Both the position numbers and the translations under genes were made by a program. A model generated the notes under the pieces. The model did not search any database, was not told the DNA's origin, and saw only the letters and a list, made by a program, of their open reading frames with translations. From NCBI GenBank assembly GCA_002371215.1, contig DFGL01000060.1, forward strand, positions 1,254 through 65,253: 64,000 nt of DNA, written 5' to 3'. This document shows positions 27,142 to 36,706 of this stretch, one piece after another (within the stretch, counting starts at the first letter, position 1; every line of letters begins with the position of its first letter). Source of the stretch: Ruminococcaceae bacterium UBA3751 (GTDB taxonomy: Bacteria > Bacillota > Clostridia > Oscillospirales > Acutalibacteraceae).

Positions 27142-28296
27142 TTATTTCTTTTTCTTGAAAAATGCTTTATGTCTCGGCTCATCATCCTCGCCGCCGTCAT
27201 AGTCATCGGGCGGAACGAGCGAGATAGTCTGCGTTTTATCAAGGTGAGCGTCCTCTTTTTTAAGGTTGAAATAGCTTTCAAAGGGCTGCTCGTCGCCGTC
27301 AGAGGATACGTCCTCCATTTCGGGTTCCTCGGTAATTTCGGGGATAATTCGGTGAGAGGTATCAACGGGTGTAATCTTGTCGTTCGAGAACGCCTCAACC
27401 GCTGCCTTCGGATCCTCGGTTTCTTCTGTTAAGGTAAGCTGTTCTGCATCCTCAGCGTTCTCAGCATCCTCAGACTCTTCATACACGGGAGCCTCAGGCT
27501 CGTATTCAGGCTCCTCATCAGGTACGGGAGCTTTAACAGCCTCAAGCGTAATCTCCTCGGGGATAGCCTCCTCCATCTCGTCAATCTCGTTCAAAAGACT
27601 GCTTACGTGGTTTTCGATATCCTCAACCTCTGTTTTGTCAGCGGTTTGGGTCATATCAATCTTAGCGCCGTTAAGAGCGTTGAGCTGGTTCGTATAGAGT
27701 TCCTTAAGACCGGCAATAAACTCAGCGGCGTCCTTTTTAAGAGCGGAATTGAGGAGAACGTAAGCCTCCTTTTCCTCCTTAGAAGTAGCAATAAGGTCGT
27801 CGGAAATAGCCTTTGCCTGGTCAAGAATATCCTGAGCAACAATTTTTGAAGAATTAATGGCATCGTTTGCCTTTTTCTCGGCTGCAGCAATAATTCCGTT
27901 AGCCTCATCGGTTTTATTTTTAATAAGTCCCGTAGCATATGACCTTGCCTCGCTGATAGTCTGCTCAGCCTGTTCATTTGCTTTTGAAACGGTTTCAGCG
28001 GACTTAGCCTCTGAATCGGCAATAAGCTTATCCGCCTTTTCCCTTGCCTCTGCCTCAATAGTGTCGGACATCTTCTGGGCTGTAATGAGAGCGGATTTAA
28101 TTGAATCCTCATCTCTTCTGTATTCCTCTATCTTTGAAGCGAGCGCTTCAAGCTTGCGGTACAGTTCCTTATTTTCGTTAGCATACGCCTCAATAGTATC
28201 CGAAGCCTGCTCAATTACTGCCTCAACCTCGGCAATATTAAAGCCGTCATCTTCGTGCTGAAATTTAACTTCTCTTAAATCGTTAGCGCTAATCAT
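27142..28296 (-). CDS. divIVA: DivIVA-domain cell-division protein with a long coiled coil and an acidic C-terminal extension
   Basis: MISANDLREVKFQHEDDGFNIAEVEAVIEQ matches the DivIVA N-terminal lipid-binding domain pattern. I chose this start because GGAGG lies 8 nt upstream. The gene sits in the conserved sepF-divIVA-ileS context. Confidence 0.75.
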   Translation of the reverse strand: MISANDLREVKFQHEDDGFNIAEVEAVIEQASDTIEAYANENKELYRKLEALASKIEEYRRDEDSIKSALITAQKMSDTIEAEAREKADKLIADSEAKSAETVSKANEQAEQTISEARSYATGLIKNKTDEANGIIAAAEKKANDAINSSKIVAQDILDQAKAISDDLIATSKEEKEAYVLLNSALKKDAAEFIAGLKELYTNQLNALNGAKIDMTQTADKTEVEDIENHVSSLLNEIDEMEEAIPEEITLEAVKAPVPDEEPEYEPEAPVYEESEDAENAEDAEQLTLTEETEDPKAAVEAFSNDKITPVDTSHRIIPEITEEPEMEDVSSDGDEQPFESYFNLKKEDAHLDKTQTISLVPPDDYDGGEDDEPRHKAFFKKKK

Positions 28297-28320
28297 TATC
28301 ATATCCTCCAAAAATAATTA

Positions 28321-28827
28321 TCACATAAACATTCCGTTGCTCTCAAGCTCGTCAATCAAATCGCCCATAACATCAACGTTATACGGAGTAATGATATAGG
28401 TTGAATTTGCAACACGCTTAATCTGACCGTCATTAGCATAGGCAACTCCCGAAAGGAAGTCAAGCAGTCTTCTTGCAATATCCTTATTGGTTGCCTCAAG
28501 ATTGAGCACAACAGTTCTCTTTTCATTGAGGTTATCGGCAATATTAGCCGCCTCCTCATATCTTTCGGGCTTAACGAGGACTACCTGGAATTGGGTTGTT
28601 GCGTGGATATTAACAACCTTGTCGCCTCTCTGCCTCCTCGGCGCACGCTCAGCGCGCTCCGTACGCTCGTGGCGTTCCTCCCGTTCACGGGGAAGCGGGC
28701 GTTCGTTTCTCTCAATTGAGCGCTCCGCTCTTGCGGGAAGCCCAAAGGAGTTATTCTCATCATAGTATTCGTCAAAATCTTCGTCGTCATCAACGAGCAT
28801 ATCCTTGAATTTGTCAAAAAGTCCCAT
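28321..28827 (-). CDS. sepF: Cell division protein SepF
   Basis: The N-terminal amphipathic MGLFDKFKDML is followed by an Arg/Glu-rich linker. The C-terminal SepF core reads VVLVKPERYEEAANIADNLNEKRTVVLNLE...DFLSGVAYA. Confidence 0.9.
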   Translation of the reverse strand: MGLFDKFKDMLVDDDEDFDEYYDENNSFGLPARAERSIERNERPLPREREERHERTERAERAPRRQRGDKVVNIHATTQFQVVLVKPERYEEAANIADNLNEKRTVVLNLEATNKDIARRLLDFLSGVAYANDGQIKRVANSTYIITPYNVDVMGDLIDELESNGMFM

Positions 28828-28850
28828 CTCTTTACCTCACACTTTATAAA

Positions 28851-29564
28851 TTAAAAATATCTTCTGGCTCCGAAGATTGCAGAGCCTACTCTTACTAAAT
28901 TTGAACCCTCATAAACGGCAGCCTCAAAGTCGCCGCTCATTCCCATCGAGAGTATTTCCATATCTATATTATCTAAATTTTTATCTCTTATGTCAATAAA
29001 TCTTTTGTACATAAGGGAAAAATATTTTCTCGCCTCGTTTTCATCGCAAATCGGGGGTATGGTCATTAGTCCTTTAACCTTAATACCCTCAAGCTGCGCA
29101 ACGCCGCAAACGAGCTCCTCCAGACAGTCTGCACTAACTCCGCTTTTTGACTCCTCGTTTCCGATATTCACCTCAAGGAGCACCTTGCTCACTAAACCGC
29201 GGTTAACGGAAACCTTGCTTATTTCCTTGGCGAGCTTAAGGCTGTCAACGGATTGAATCATATCAACCTCGCCTACAATCTGTTTAACCTTATTGGTCTG
29301 AAGGTGGCCGATAAGATGTTTTTCAACCCCGTCAAGATGAAGAGAATCCTTTTTGCCGAGATATTCCTGAACTCTGTTTTCACCTATTAAATCCGCACCG
29401 TCGTCAAGCACGGGGTTAATATACTCAGCCTCAATGGTTTTGGTAACGCACATAAGGCGTACCTCCTCAGGCTTTCTTCCCGCTTTAACGGCGGCCTCCA
29501 TAACCCTGTCCTTAATTCTGCGGTAATTATCAACGGTTGCGCCGACACGCGCCTCATCAATCAT
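28851..29564 (-). CDS. yggS: YggS/YlmE-family pyridoxal-phosphate homeostasis protein
   Basis: The protein has the VTKT PLP lysine context, IGENRVQE and HLIGHLQTNKVK motifs. It sits upstream of sepF, as in the Bacillus ylm cluster. Confidence 0.9.
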   Translation of the reverse strand: MIDEARVGATVDNYRRIKDRVMEAAVKAGRKPEEVRLMCVTKTIEAEYINPVLDDGADLIGENRVQEYLGKKDSLHLDGVEKHLIGHLQTNKVKQIVGEVDMIQSVDSLKLAKEISKVSVNRGLVSKVLLEVNIGNEESKSGVSADCLEELVCGVAQLEGIKVKGLMTIPPICDENEARKYFSLMYKRFIDIRDKNLDNIDMEILSMGMSGDFEAAVYEGSNLVRVGSAIFGARRYF

Positions 29565-30786
29565 AAACCTTGCCCTCCTTCAGTTCTTTACCCTGAGTAA
29601 TGATTTTATCGTAAAGGCGGATTCCGTCCTCATTGTCCTGGTCAAATTCAAGAATGGCAAATTCATCCGTAGTATAAAGCACCTCTGCCTTTCTGAAATA
29701 AACCTGGCTTGCAACGAGTGCATATACGCCCTTTTCTCCTTTTTTATTAACGTGTATAGCGGAAAGCGGCACCTTAATGCCCTCATAGCTTTTAATTCTC
29801 AGCTCAATATCCTCACACCTCAGCGAAGCGAGGGAGCTGTTCATATCGTTACACCTTAAAAGTAAAAGCGATTGCTTTTCGCCGTGGGGTATATCCGCTC
29901 CGCTTACAATTTCAGCGGTCAGCACCGTATCGTTACTGTCCTTCAGCGAAAGCTTTACTGTCCCGCCGTTTTTAAGAGTTTTAGCGTCCTGTGCGTCAAT
30001 AACGCACGCCATATACCATTCGTAGCTTGTTACAAGCTTTCCGAGATAATCAGTAGTTTTCTTTTCTTTTTCGATTTTATCAATCGTATTTTGCACCTGC
30101 TCAAGAGTCAGCTCCTCAACCTTATCGTAGGGAACAACGTTTTCGTAGCCGTCCGTATAGCTTGAAAATACGCCCGATACGTCGGTTGTTATAAAGCTGT
30201 CGGGCTTGGCGTTAGAAGCGTACTGCTGTGCCTGCTGTCTTAAATCCTGAATGATTGAGAGAAGGTCTACCTTTTCGCCAATAATTATCTGGCGGCGTAC
30301 AAGACCGTCGTTTACCTTTTCGCCCGCTTCGGAAAGTCCCTCAGTATTGCGCAGCGCAATATTTCGGATATAAGTATTAATGTCCGACTCAAGCTCGGAA
30401 TCTATGCTCTCAACGCTCGCAACCTGACCGAGAGTCTGGCTTTCAAGGTTTTCATAGTAGGCGAGGCTCTGCTGAATTTCCGCGTACTTTGAATAATTAG
30501 TTGCAGCCTCCTGATTAGAAAACCTCATAGCTATATTTCCGCCAACGTTTACCTTATCGCCGTCTTTAAAACAGGGAACGGTAATTCCGCCCGACGCTTT
30601 GTTTACGGGCTGTTCATCCCTTATAACAAGCGCTTTGGCGTCAACCTTTTCATAAACCGTTGAAATAAGGGCGGTTTCGGTTTTAACCTCAATATGAGAT
30701 ACCGAATACACCTCAAAGGCGATATATGCAAATATAAGCGCAATAGCTATTGCTATTGAAATATTATTTAGCCTTTCCCTGTTCAA
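29557..30786 (-). CDS. Membrane-anchored protein with a coiled-coil and beta-barrel organisation (HlyD/membrane-fusion-like); function unknown
   Basis: The TTG start has GGAGGAA 6 nt upstream. The protein has a single N-terminal TM helix (ISIAIAIALIFAYIAF), a central heptad-like region and a beta-rich C-terminus. The family assignment is by overall architecture only. Confidence 0.45.
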   Translation of the reverse strand: MNRERLNNISIAIAIALIFAYIAFEVYSVSHIEVKTETALISTVYEKVDAKALVIRDEQPVNKASGGITVPCFKDGDKVNVGGNIAMRFSNQEAATNYSKYAEIQQSLAYYENLESQTLGQVASVESIDSELESDINTYIRNIALRNTEGLSEAGEKVNDGLVRRQIIIGEKVDLLSIIQDLRQQAQQYASNAKPDSFITTDVSGVFSSYTDGYENVVPYDKVEELTLEQVQNTIDKIEKEKKTTDYLGKLVTSYEWYMACVIDAQDAKTLKNGGTVKLSLKDSNDTVLTAEIVSGADIPHGEKQSLLLLRCNDMNSSLASLRCEDIELRIKSYEGIKVPLSAIHVNKKGEKGVYALVASQVYFRKAEVLYTTDEFAILEFDQDNEDGIRLYDKIITQGKELKEGKVYD

Positions 30787-30800
30787 ATCCGTTTCCTCCG

Positions 30801-31718
30801 TTAGTCCTTCAAAAACTCCTCTGCCAGACTGATTGCCTGCTCTGTCGGGGAAGCATTTTCCCCGTCGGTATAAACCCAGCGGATGTTTTTGTTCCTTCTG
30901 AACCAGGTCAACTGACGCTTTGCATAGCGCCGCGTTTCCCTTTTCAGGTTTTCCACAGCCTCATCAAGACTGATTTTTCCTTCAATATACGGCTGAAGTT
31001 CTTTATGCCCTATTGCCTGAGAGGAGGTTTTGCCCGTTTTTCCGAGCGCCTCTCTTGCCTCAGAAACAAGCCCGTTTTCAAGCATCCTGTCAACGCGAAG
31101 GTTAATTCTCTCATAGAGCTTTTCCCTGTCGCGGCAGTTAATACCTATATAAAGCGCGTCGTACGGGCTTTCTGCAAGGCGTGAATTCTTGTTCTGCTCG
31201 GTCTTACTGACTCCGCCGTAATAAAGTTCAAGCGCTCTTATAACGCGTTTTCTGTTATTTTTATGTATGCCTTCGGCAGCCTCGCCGTCAACGCTTAACA
31301 GCTCGTTATACAGCTCGTCCGTGTCTTTTTCCGACAGTCTCTGCCTCAGCTCCTCGTCTATGCTGACGTCAGAAAAGCTGATGTTATTAATCAGACTGTC
31401 TATAAACAGCCCCGTTCCGCCCGCAATAATCGGGACTTTCCCCCTCGAATGAATTTCCTCTATCTTTTTCTTGGCAAGAGCGGTAAACTCCGCAACGGAG
31501 AAACTCTCATCCGGGCTAAGGAATTCAAGAAGATGATGGGGTATTCCCTGCTGTTCCTCTTTGGTTGCGGCGGCGGTCGCTATCGGCATACCGCGGTAAA
31601 CCTGCATTGAATCGGCGCTGATTATCTCTCCGCCGACAGCCTTGGCAATGCTTACGGCAAGCGCCGTTTTTCCCGAGGCTGTAGCGCCGACAACGCATAT
31701 AACTTTTATTTTTTCCAT
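30801..31718 (-). CDS. miaA: tRNA dimethylallyltransferase
   Basis: The protein has a P-loop GATASGKT followed by ISADSMQVYRGM and IPHHL. The start MEKIKV lies 1 nt after the mutL stop. Confidence 0.92.
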   Translation of the reverse strand: MEKIKVICVVGATASGKTALAVSIAKAVGGEIISADSMQVYRGMPIATAAATKEEQQGIPHHLLEFLSPDESFSVAEFTALAKKKIEEIHSRGKVPIIAGGTGLFIDSLINNISFSDVSIDEELRQRLSEKDTDELYNELLSVDGEAAEGIHKNNRKRVIRALELYYGGVSKTEQNKNSRLAESPYDALYIGINCRDREKLYERINLRVDRMLENGLVSEAREALGKTGKTSSQAIGHKELQPYIEGKISLDEAVENLKRETRRYAKRQLTWFRRNKNIRWVYTDGENASPTEQAISLAEEFLKD

Positions 31719-31719
31719 A

Positions 31720-33591
31720 CTACGCCCTGCCGAACTGCTTTTCAATATCGTACCTGCTCATCTTTATCATAACGGGTCTGCCGTGGGGGCAGTATCTGAT
31801 ATTCGGCATCGCAAGTAACTTTTTAACGAATAATTCGCGCTCATAGGGCGAGGTGTAGTCGCCGCCCTTGACTGCTGCACGGCAGGAGGTTGAATGGAAA
31901 ATCCAATCCATCTTTTCGGGGGTAATATCCGTTTTGCCATCAAGGAGTTTGCCCGCGGTTTCACAGATTAAATCCTCTATCCTCTCTCCGTCTAAAATTG
32001 AGGGACATTCGCGAACTATTACAGAGCTGTTGCCGAAATCTTCAACGGCAAATCCGCATTTTGAATACAGAGCAAGATTATCGCACACCGCGCTGTATTC
32101 CTCCTTCGAAAGGCGGATAACAACCGGCTGAAGAAGAATCTGCGAATGAATAACCGTACTGCTTTTCAGTTCCTCGTAGTTCATTCTTTCGTGGGCGGCG
32201 TGTTTATCAATAAAGTACAGTGCGCCTTCAATTTCAACAATAATATAGGTTTTAAACGCCTCTCCTACCACCCTGAAATCGGGAATATCAACTTCATTTT
32301 TTACGGGCGCGGCTTCCGTTTTAACCTCAGGCGCCGGTTCCGTTTTAATTTCAGGCTTCGGCTCAGTCTTTCGTATCGGCTCATCATCGCCGAAATCAAT
32401 ATCAAGCCTTATAACGCCGCCGTTTTCGGTTTTTTGGGGCGCGTCGGTTTTCTTAGGCGCGGCAACTCTCCAGAAATCCTCCGGGTCGCGCTGCTTAAAT
32501 TCCATCTGGCGCGGCTTTTCCTCACCGCCGAAAAGGTCTATCTTTCCGCTCGCGGTTACGGGATTGGTTTTGTAGGAGGAAAAATGCGCTTCCTTAGGCG
32601 TGTCGCCCGCTTCAATTGCGGATTTAACCCCATAATAAACGAGCTCAAACACCGGGCGCTCGTTTGCAAATCGCACCTCGGTCTTTGCCGGGTGAACGTT
32701 AACGTCAACAAGCGCGGCGTTACATTCAATATTGAGCACGCAGCCAGGGAATTTACCCACCATAATCGAGTTACGGTACGCCTGCTCAAGCGCCGCCATA
32801 GCCGTCTGGCTTTTAACAAGGCGGGAATTGATAAAGAAATACTGCATCGCCCTGCTTTTTCTTGAAGCGGAGGGCTTTGTTACAACTCCCGTAAGGCGCA
32901 TATTGTTTACGCTGTAATCAACGTCAATCAGTCCGTCGGAAAACTCTTTGCCGAGAACCGAGTAAATCGTGCTTTTAAGATTTCCGTTGCCCGAGGTTAT
33001 AAGCACCTGCTTACCCTCGCGGATAAAGCGGAAGGAAATCTCGGGGTGGCTTATCGCCATCCTGTCAACAATTCCCGCAACGGAATTGCCCTCGGTAACG
33101 TCTTTTTTTAGGAATTTCATCCTCGCGGGGGTATTAAAGAAAATATCGCGTACCGCAATCGTTGTACCCACCGGGCAGCCCGCCTCAGAAAAATCGAGTT
33201 CCTCACCGCCTGCAATCTCATAGCGCGTTCCGAGCTCCTTGTTTTCGGTACGGGTGAGGAGTTCAACCTTTGCAACCGCGGCAACGGAAGCCATAGCCTC
33301 TCCCCTGAAACCGAGCGTTCCGATAGAATCAAGGTCCTCGCTGTTTTTAATCTTGCTCGTTGCGTGGGGAATAAAGACCTTTTTAACCTGCTCCCTTTCT
33401 ATACCCGTTCCGTCGTCGGTTATACGGATATAGGTTGTTCCGCCGTTTTTAATTTCAACGGTAATATTCTTTGCTCCCGCATCAACGGAATTTTCAATCA
33501 TTTCCTTAACTATTGACGACGGGCGCTCAACAACCTCGCCCGCTGCAATAAGCTGGTAAACCTCTTTGGGCAGAATATTAATTTCGGGCAA
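31720..33591 (-). CDS. mutL: DNA mismatch repair protein MutL
   Basis: The N-terminal GHKL ATPase motifs are LPKEVYQLIAAGEVVERPSSIVKEMIENSVDAG, TDDGTGI and LGFRGEA. The C-terminal region contains DKHAAHER. I propose a TTG start (GGAAGTGA 6 nt upstream) after the mutS stop. Confidence 0.93.
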   Translation of the reverse strand: MPEINILPKEVYQLIAAGEVVERPSSIVKEMIENSVDAGAKNITVEIKNGGTTYIRITDDGTGIEREQVKKVFIPHATSKIKNSEDLDSIGTLGFRGEAMASVAAVAKVELLTRTENKELGTRYEIAGGEELDFSEAGCPVGTTIAVRDIFFNTPARMKFLKKDVTEGNSVAGIVDRMAISHPEISFRFIREGKQVLITSGNGNLKSTIYSVLGKEFSDGLIDVDYSVNNMRLTGVVTKPSASRKSRAMQYFFINSRLVKSQTAMAALEQAYRNSIMVGKFPGCVLNIECNAALVDVNVHPAKTEVRFANERPVFELVYYGVKSAIEAGDTPKEAHFSSYKTNPVTASGKIDLFGGEEKPRQMEFKQRDPEDFWRVAAPKKTDAPQKTENGGVIRLDIDFGDDEPIRKTEPKPEIKTEPAPEVKTEAAPVKNEVDIPDFRVVGEAFKTYIIVEIEGALYFIDKHAAHERMNYEELKSSTVIHSQILLQPVVIRLSKEEYSAVCDNLALYSKCGFAVEDFGNSSVIVRECPSILDGERIEDLICETAGKLLDGKTDITPEKMDWIFHSTSCRAAVKGGDYTSPYERELFVKKLLAMPNIRYCPHGRPVMIKMSRYDIEKQFGRA

Positions 33592-33610
33592 GGCGTTCAC
33601 TTCCTTTCTT

Positions 33611-36235
33611 TTACAGCTCCTCCGCCTTCTTTTTGAGGTCATACAAAGTCTGCATTGCCTCAATCGGGGTGAGCGTGTTTATATCCGTTGCCTTGATAAT
33701 TTCAAGTATATCTCCTGCGGTATTGGTACTGAAGTTGTACTGAATGTCCTCAGTTTCCTCCTCAATATCCTCCTCCGCCTTGAATTCAATTTCAATCTTA
33801 TTCGCTTCAAGCTCCTTAAGAATTGACTTTGCGCGCTTTATTACGCTGTTCGGTATACCTGCGAGTTTTGCAACCTCAATACCGAAGGACTGGTCCGCTC
33901 CACCGCGGACGATACGTCTTAAGAAGGTTATATCGTCGCCCCTCTTTTTAACGGCTATTGAGTAGTTTTTAACTCCGTCGAGCATACCCTCCATAGCTGT
34001 TAACTCGTGGTAATGCGTTGCAAAAAGCGTTTTTGCGCCGAGCTTTTTAACCGCGTATTCAAGAACCGCCCTTGCTATACTCATACCGTCGAAGGTTGAG
34101 GTACCGCGGCCTATCTCATCAAGGATAATAAGCGAATTTTTTGTTGCATTTTTAATTATTGATGAAACCTCGTTCATCTCTACCATAAAGGTGGACTGAC
34201 CCGAGGCGAGGTCGTCGCTCGCGCCTACTCTCGTAAATATAGCGTCAACAACGCTGATATTCGCGCTCTTTGCGGGAACGAACGAGCCTATCTGGGCGAG
34301 CAGGACTATAAGCGCGCTCTGGCGCATATAAGTTGATTTACCCGCCATATTGGGACCCGTTATAATAGCACACTTATTCTCCGCCGTATCGAGCATTGTA
34401 TCGTTCGGTACAAAAACCGAGCCGTCGAGCAGGGTTTCAACAACGGGGTGGCGCCCGTCCTTTATGTCAATAATTCCATCATTAGTAATATGCGGCGCGC
34501 AGTAATTATTTACGAACGCCGTTTCGGCAAGGGAAGCAAGACAGTCAAGCGTTGCTATTGCCTTAGCCGTTTTCTGTATTCTTTCAACCTCGCCGCCTAT
34601 CTGCGTTCTGATTGAACAGAACACCTCGTACTCAAGCGCGGTAAGCCTTTCCTTAGCGCCGAGCACCTTGCCCTCAAGCTCCTTGAGCTCAGAGGTAATA
34701 TATCTTTCGCAGTTTGTTAAGGTCTGCTTTCTTATGTAATCCTCGGGCACCAAATCCTTATACGAATTGGTAACCTCAATAAAGTAACCGAAAACCTTGT
34801 TATAAGAAACGCGCAGCTTCGGTATACCCGTTCTCTCCTTTTCTCTCGCCTCTATTTCGGCAAGAACAGACGCACCGCCGTTTACTATATCCGTAAGCTC
34901 ATCTATTTCAGCATTGAAGCCCTTGCGGATTATTCCACCCTCACGCAGCGAAAACGGGGGCTCGTCAACAATTGAGCTGTCAATCAGCGCGCTGACGTCC
35001 TCAAGTAAATCAATCTCTGAATAAACGGATTTAAGCATAGCCGCCGAGCAGGAGGAGAGAGCTCCTTTTACAGCAGGAAGCTTTTTTATAGTTTCGCACA
35101 GGGTACGAAGTTCCCTTGCGTTAGCGGTTGAATAGGCGATACGGCTCATAAGCCTTTCCATATCGTTAACCCCTCCGAGAGAGGAACGAACGGTATCGCG
35201 CAGCATAGTATCGTCAAACAGCTCGCCTACGGAATTCTGCCTTTTGGTAATCAGCGAAATACTGATAAGCGGTCTTTCAAGCCACTGACGGAGAAGGCGC
35301 TTACCCATAGCGGTTTTAGTTTTATCAATAACCCAGAGGAGCGAATGCTTTTTATCCCCCGTCATCATCGACTTAGTAAGTTCAAGGTTGCGCCTTGCGC
35401 TTATATCAAGCGCCATAAAATCGTTGCCGTCGTAAAACTCAACCTCGCTCGGCGCTTCAAGACTGTCCGTTTTCTGAGTTTCCCTCAGATACCAGATAAC
35501 CGCTCCGAGAGCGCACACAGCAGCCTTGCTGTGACCTATGCCGAGGGATGAGATTTCCTCCCGCTTCATAGTTTCAAGGATAAGCTCGGTTGAAGCGTCA
35601 AAATCAAAACGCTCGGCTTCAAGCTTTTCAATCCCTGCGTTGAGCCTTACCTCTGCAAACTTAACTACCTCGTCAAGTTCCGCAGCCTCGGGGCTCATAA
35701 GCAGCTCCTTGGGGGAATACGACGAGAGGCTGTTAATAATCGCCTCCTGCTCGTTATCCCTGCCTACGGTTGTAATATGAAACTCGCCCGTTGAAACGTC
35801 GGCAAAGCAGATTCCCGTTTCATTTTCTCTTTTGCAGACTGAACAGAGATAGTTATTAACTCCGTCCTCAAGAATACTTCCCTCAATCGCGGTACCGGGA
35901 GTGATAACGCGGATAACGTCGCGCTTTACTATTCCCTTTGCCGCCTTCGGGTCCTCAGTCTGTTCACAGATTGCAACCTTGTACCCGCGGGAAACGAGCT
36001 TTGCTATATAGCTGTCTGCACTGTGAAACGGAACTCCGCACATCGGCGCGCGTTCCTCAAGACCGCAGTCTCTGCCCGTAAGCACAAGGTCAAGCTCTCC
36101 GGCGGCGGTTTTCGCGTCGTCAAAGAACATCTCATAAAAGTCACCGAGGCGGAAGAATAAAATCACGCCCGGGTATTCTTTTTTCACCTGAAAGTACTGT
36201 TGCATCATCGGTGAAAGTTCTTGCTTTTTAGCCAT
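33611..36235 (-). CDS. mutS: DNA mismatch repair protein MutS
   Basis: TPMMQQY...FFRLGDFYE is the mismatch-binding domain. The protein also has the Walker A motif GPNMAGKST and the motifs STFMVEM and DEIGRGTST. Confidence 0.97.
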   Translation of the reverse strand: MAKKQELSPMMQQYFQVKKEYPGVILFFRLGDFYEMFFDDAKTAAGELDLVLTGRDCGLEERAPMCGVPFHSADSYIAKLVSRGYKVAICEQTEDPKAAKGIVKRDVIRVITPGTAIEGSILEDGVNNYLCSVCKRENETGICFADVSTGEFHITTVGRDNEQEAIINSLSSYSPKELLMSPEAAELDEVVKFAEVRLNAGIEKLEAERFDFDASTELILETMKREEISSLGIGHSKAAVCALGAVIWYLRETQKTDSLEAPSEVEFYDGNDFMALDISARRNLELTKSMMTGDKKHSLLWVIDKTKTAMGKRLLRQWLERPLISISLITKRQNSVGELFDDTMLRDTVRSSLGGVNDMERLMSRIAYSTANARELRTLCETIKKLPAVKGALSSCSAAMLKSVYSEIDLLEDVSALIDSSIVDEPPFSLREGGIIRKGFNAEIDELTDIVNGGASVLAEIEAREKERTGIPKLRVSYNKVFGYFIEVTNSYKDLVPEDYIRKQTLTNCERYITSELKELEGKVLGAKERLTALEYEVFCSIRTQIGGEVERIQKTAKAIATLDCLASLAETAFVNNYCAPHITNDGIIDIKDGRHPVVETLLDGSVFVPNDTMLDTAENKCAIITGPNMAGKSTYMRQSALIVLLAQIGSFVPAKSANISVVDAIFTRVGASDDLASGQSTFMVEMNEVSSIIKNATKNSLIILDEIGRGTSTFDGMSIARAVLEYAVKKLGAKTLFATHYHELTAMEGMLDGVKNYSIAVKKRGDDITFLRRIVRGGADQSFGIEVAKLAGIPNSVIKRAKSILKELEANKIEIEFKAEEDIEEETEDIQYNFSTNTAGDILEIIKATDINTLTPIEAMQTLYDLKKKAEEL

Positions 36236-36283
36236 TCATTCTCCCTCCTCTTTCGGTGTAGTAATCAGTTATTCAGTCGGTAA

Positions 36284-36694
36284 TCAGTGGCAGCCTCCGC
36301 AGGTTGTACAGTCGTGAGTACAGTCCTCAGCGGGAATTTCACAGGTTTCGGGGTCCTGACCGTCAAAGAAAAGACCAATCATTCCGCTGATATACTTAGC
36401 CATCTGTTCCATTTCGGAAGCGGCTGCGGAATAAGTCATCATTGATTCAAGCTGCATAACCTCGTTGTAAAGGTCCTGATACTGCTTCTGAAGCTCTTCG
36501 ATTTTAGCGGAATCGGATTCCTCGCCCTTTGTAGCCTCCTGCTGGAATTTAAGCGAGATGAGCTGAAGCTCCTGCATCTTCTTCTGAAGGTCCTCGTCCT
36601 TATCGTTAACTGCGGCAGCTTCTTTAAGCGCCTTAAATCTCGGGTCAGCCTGAATTTCCTTGCCAAGTTCTCTGAGTGTTGATTCCAAACTCAT
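36284..36694 (-). CDS. YmcA/YlbF-family (UPF0342-like) helical protein with a C-terminal Cys-rich tail
   Basis: The gene lies between miaB and mutS, as ymcA does in Bacillus. The protein is helical and Glu/Lys/Gln-rich. The tail reads CEIPAEDCTHDCTTCGGCH. Confidence 0.65.
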   Translation of the reverse strand: MSLESTLRELGKEIQADPRFKALKEAAAVNDKDEDLQKKMQELQLISLKFQQEATKGEESDSAKIEELQKQYQDLYNEVMQLESMMTYSAAASEMEQMAKYISGMIGLFFDGQDPETCEIPAEDCTHDCTTCGGCH

Positions 36695-36706
36695 AATTTT
36701 TTCCTC

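Noticed and set aside
28560-28760. The Arg/Glu-rich repetitive stretch (ERNERPLPREREERHERTERAERAPRRQRG) considered as a DNA repeat element.
   Set aside because: It is the low-complexity linker of SepF between the membrane-targeting helix and the core domain. It is in frame and typical for the family.
32146-32865. A 239-aa plus-strand ORF inside mutL.
   Set aside because: It is an antisense shadow of mutL. The translation is Arg/Phe-rich low-complexity sequence.
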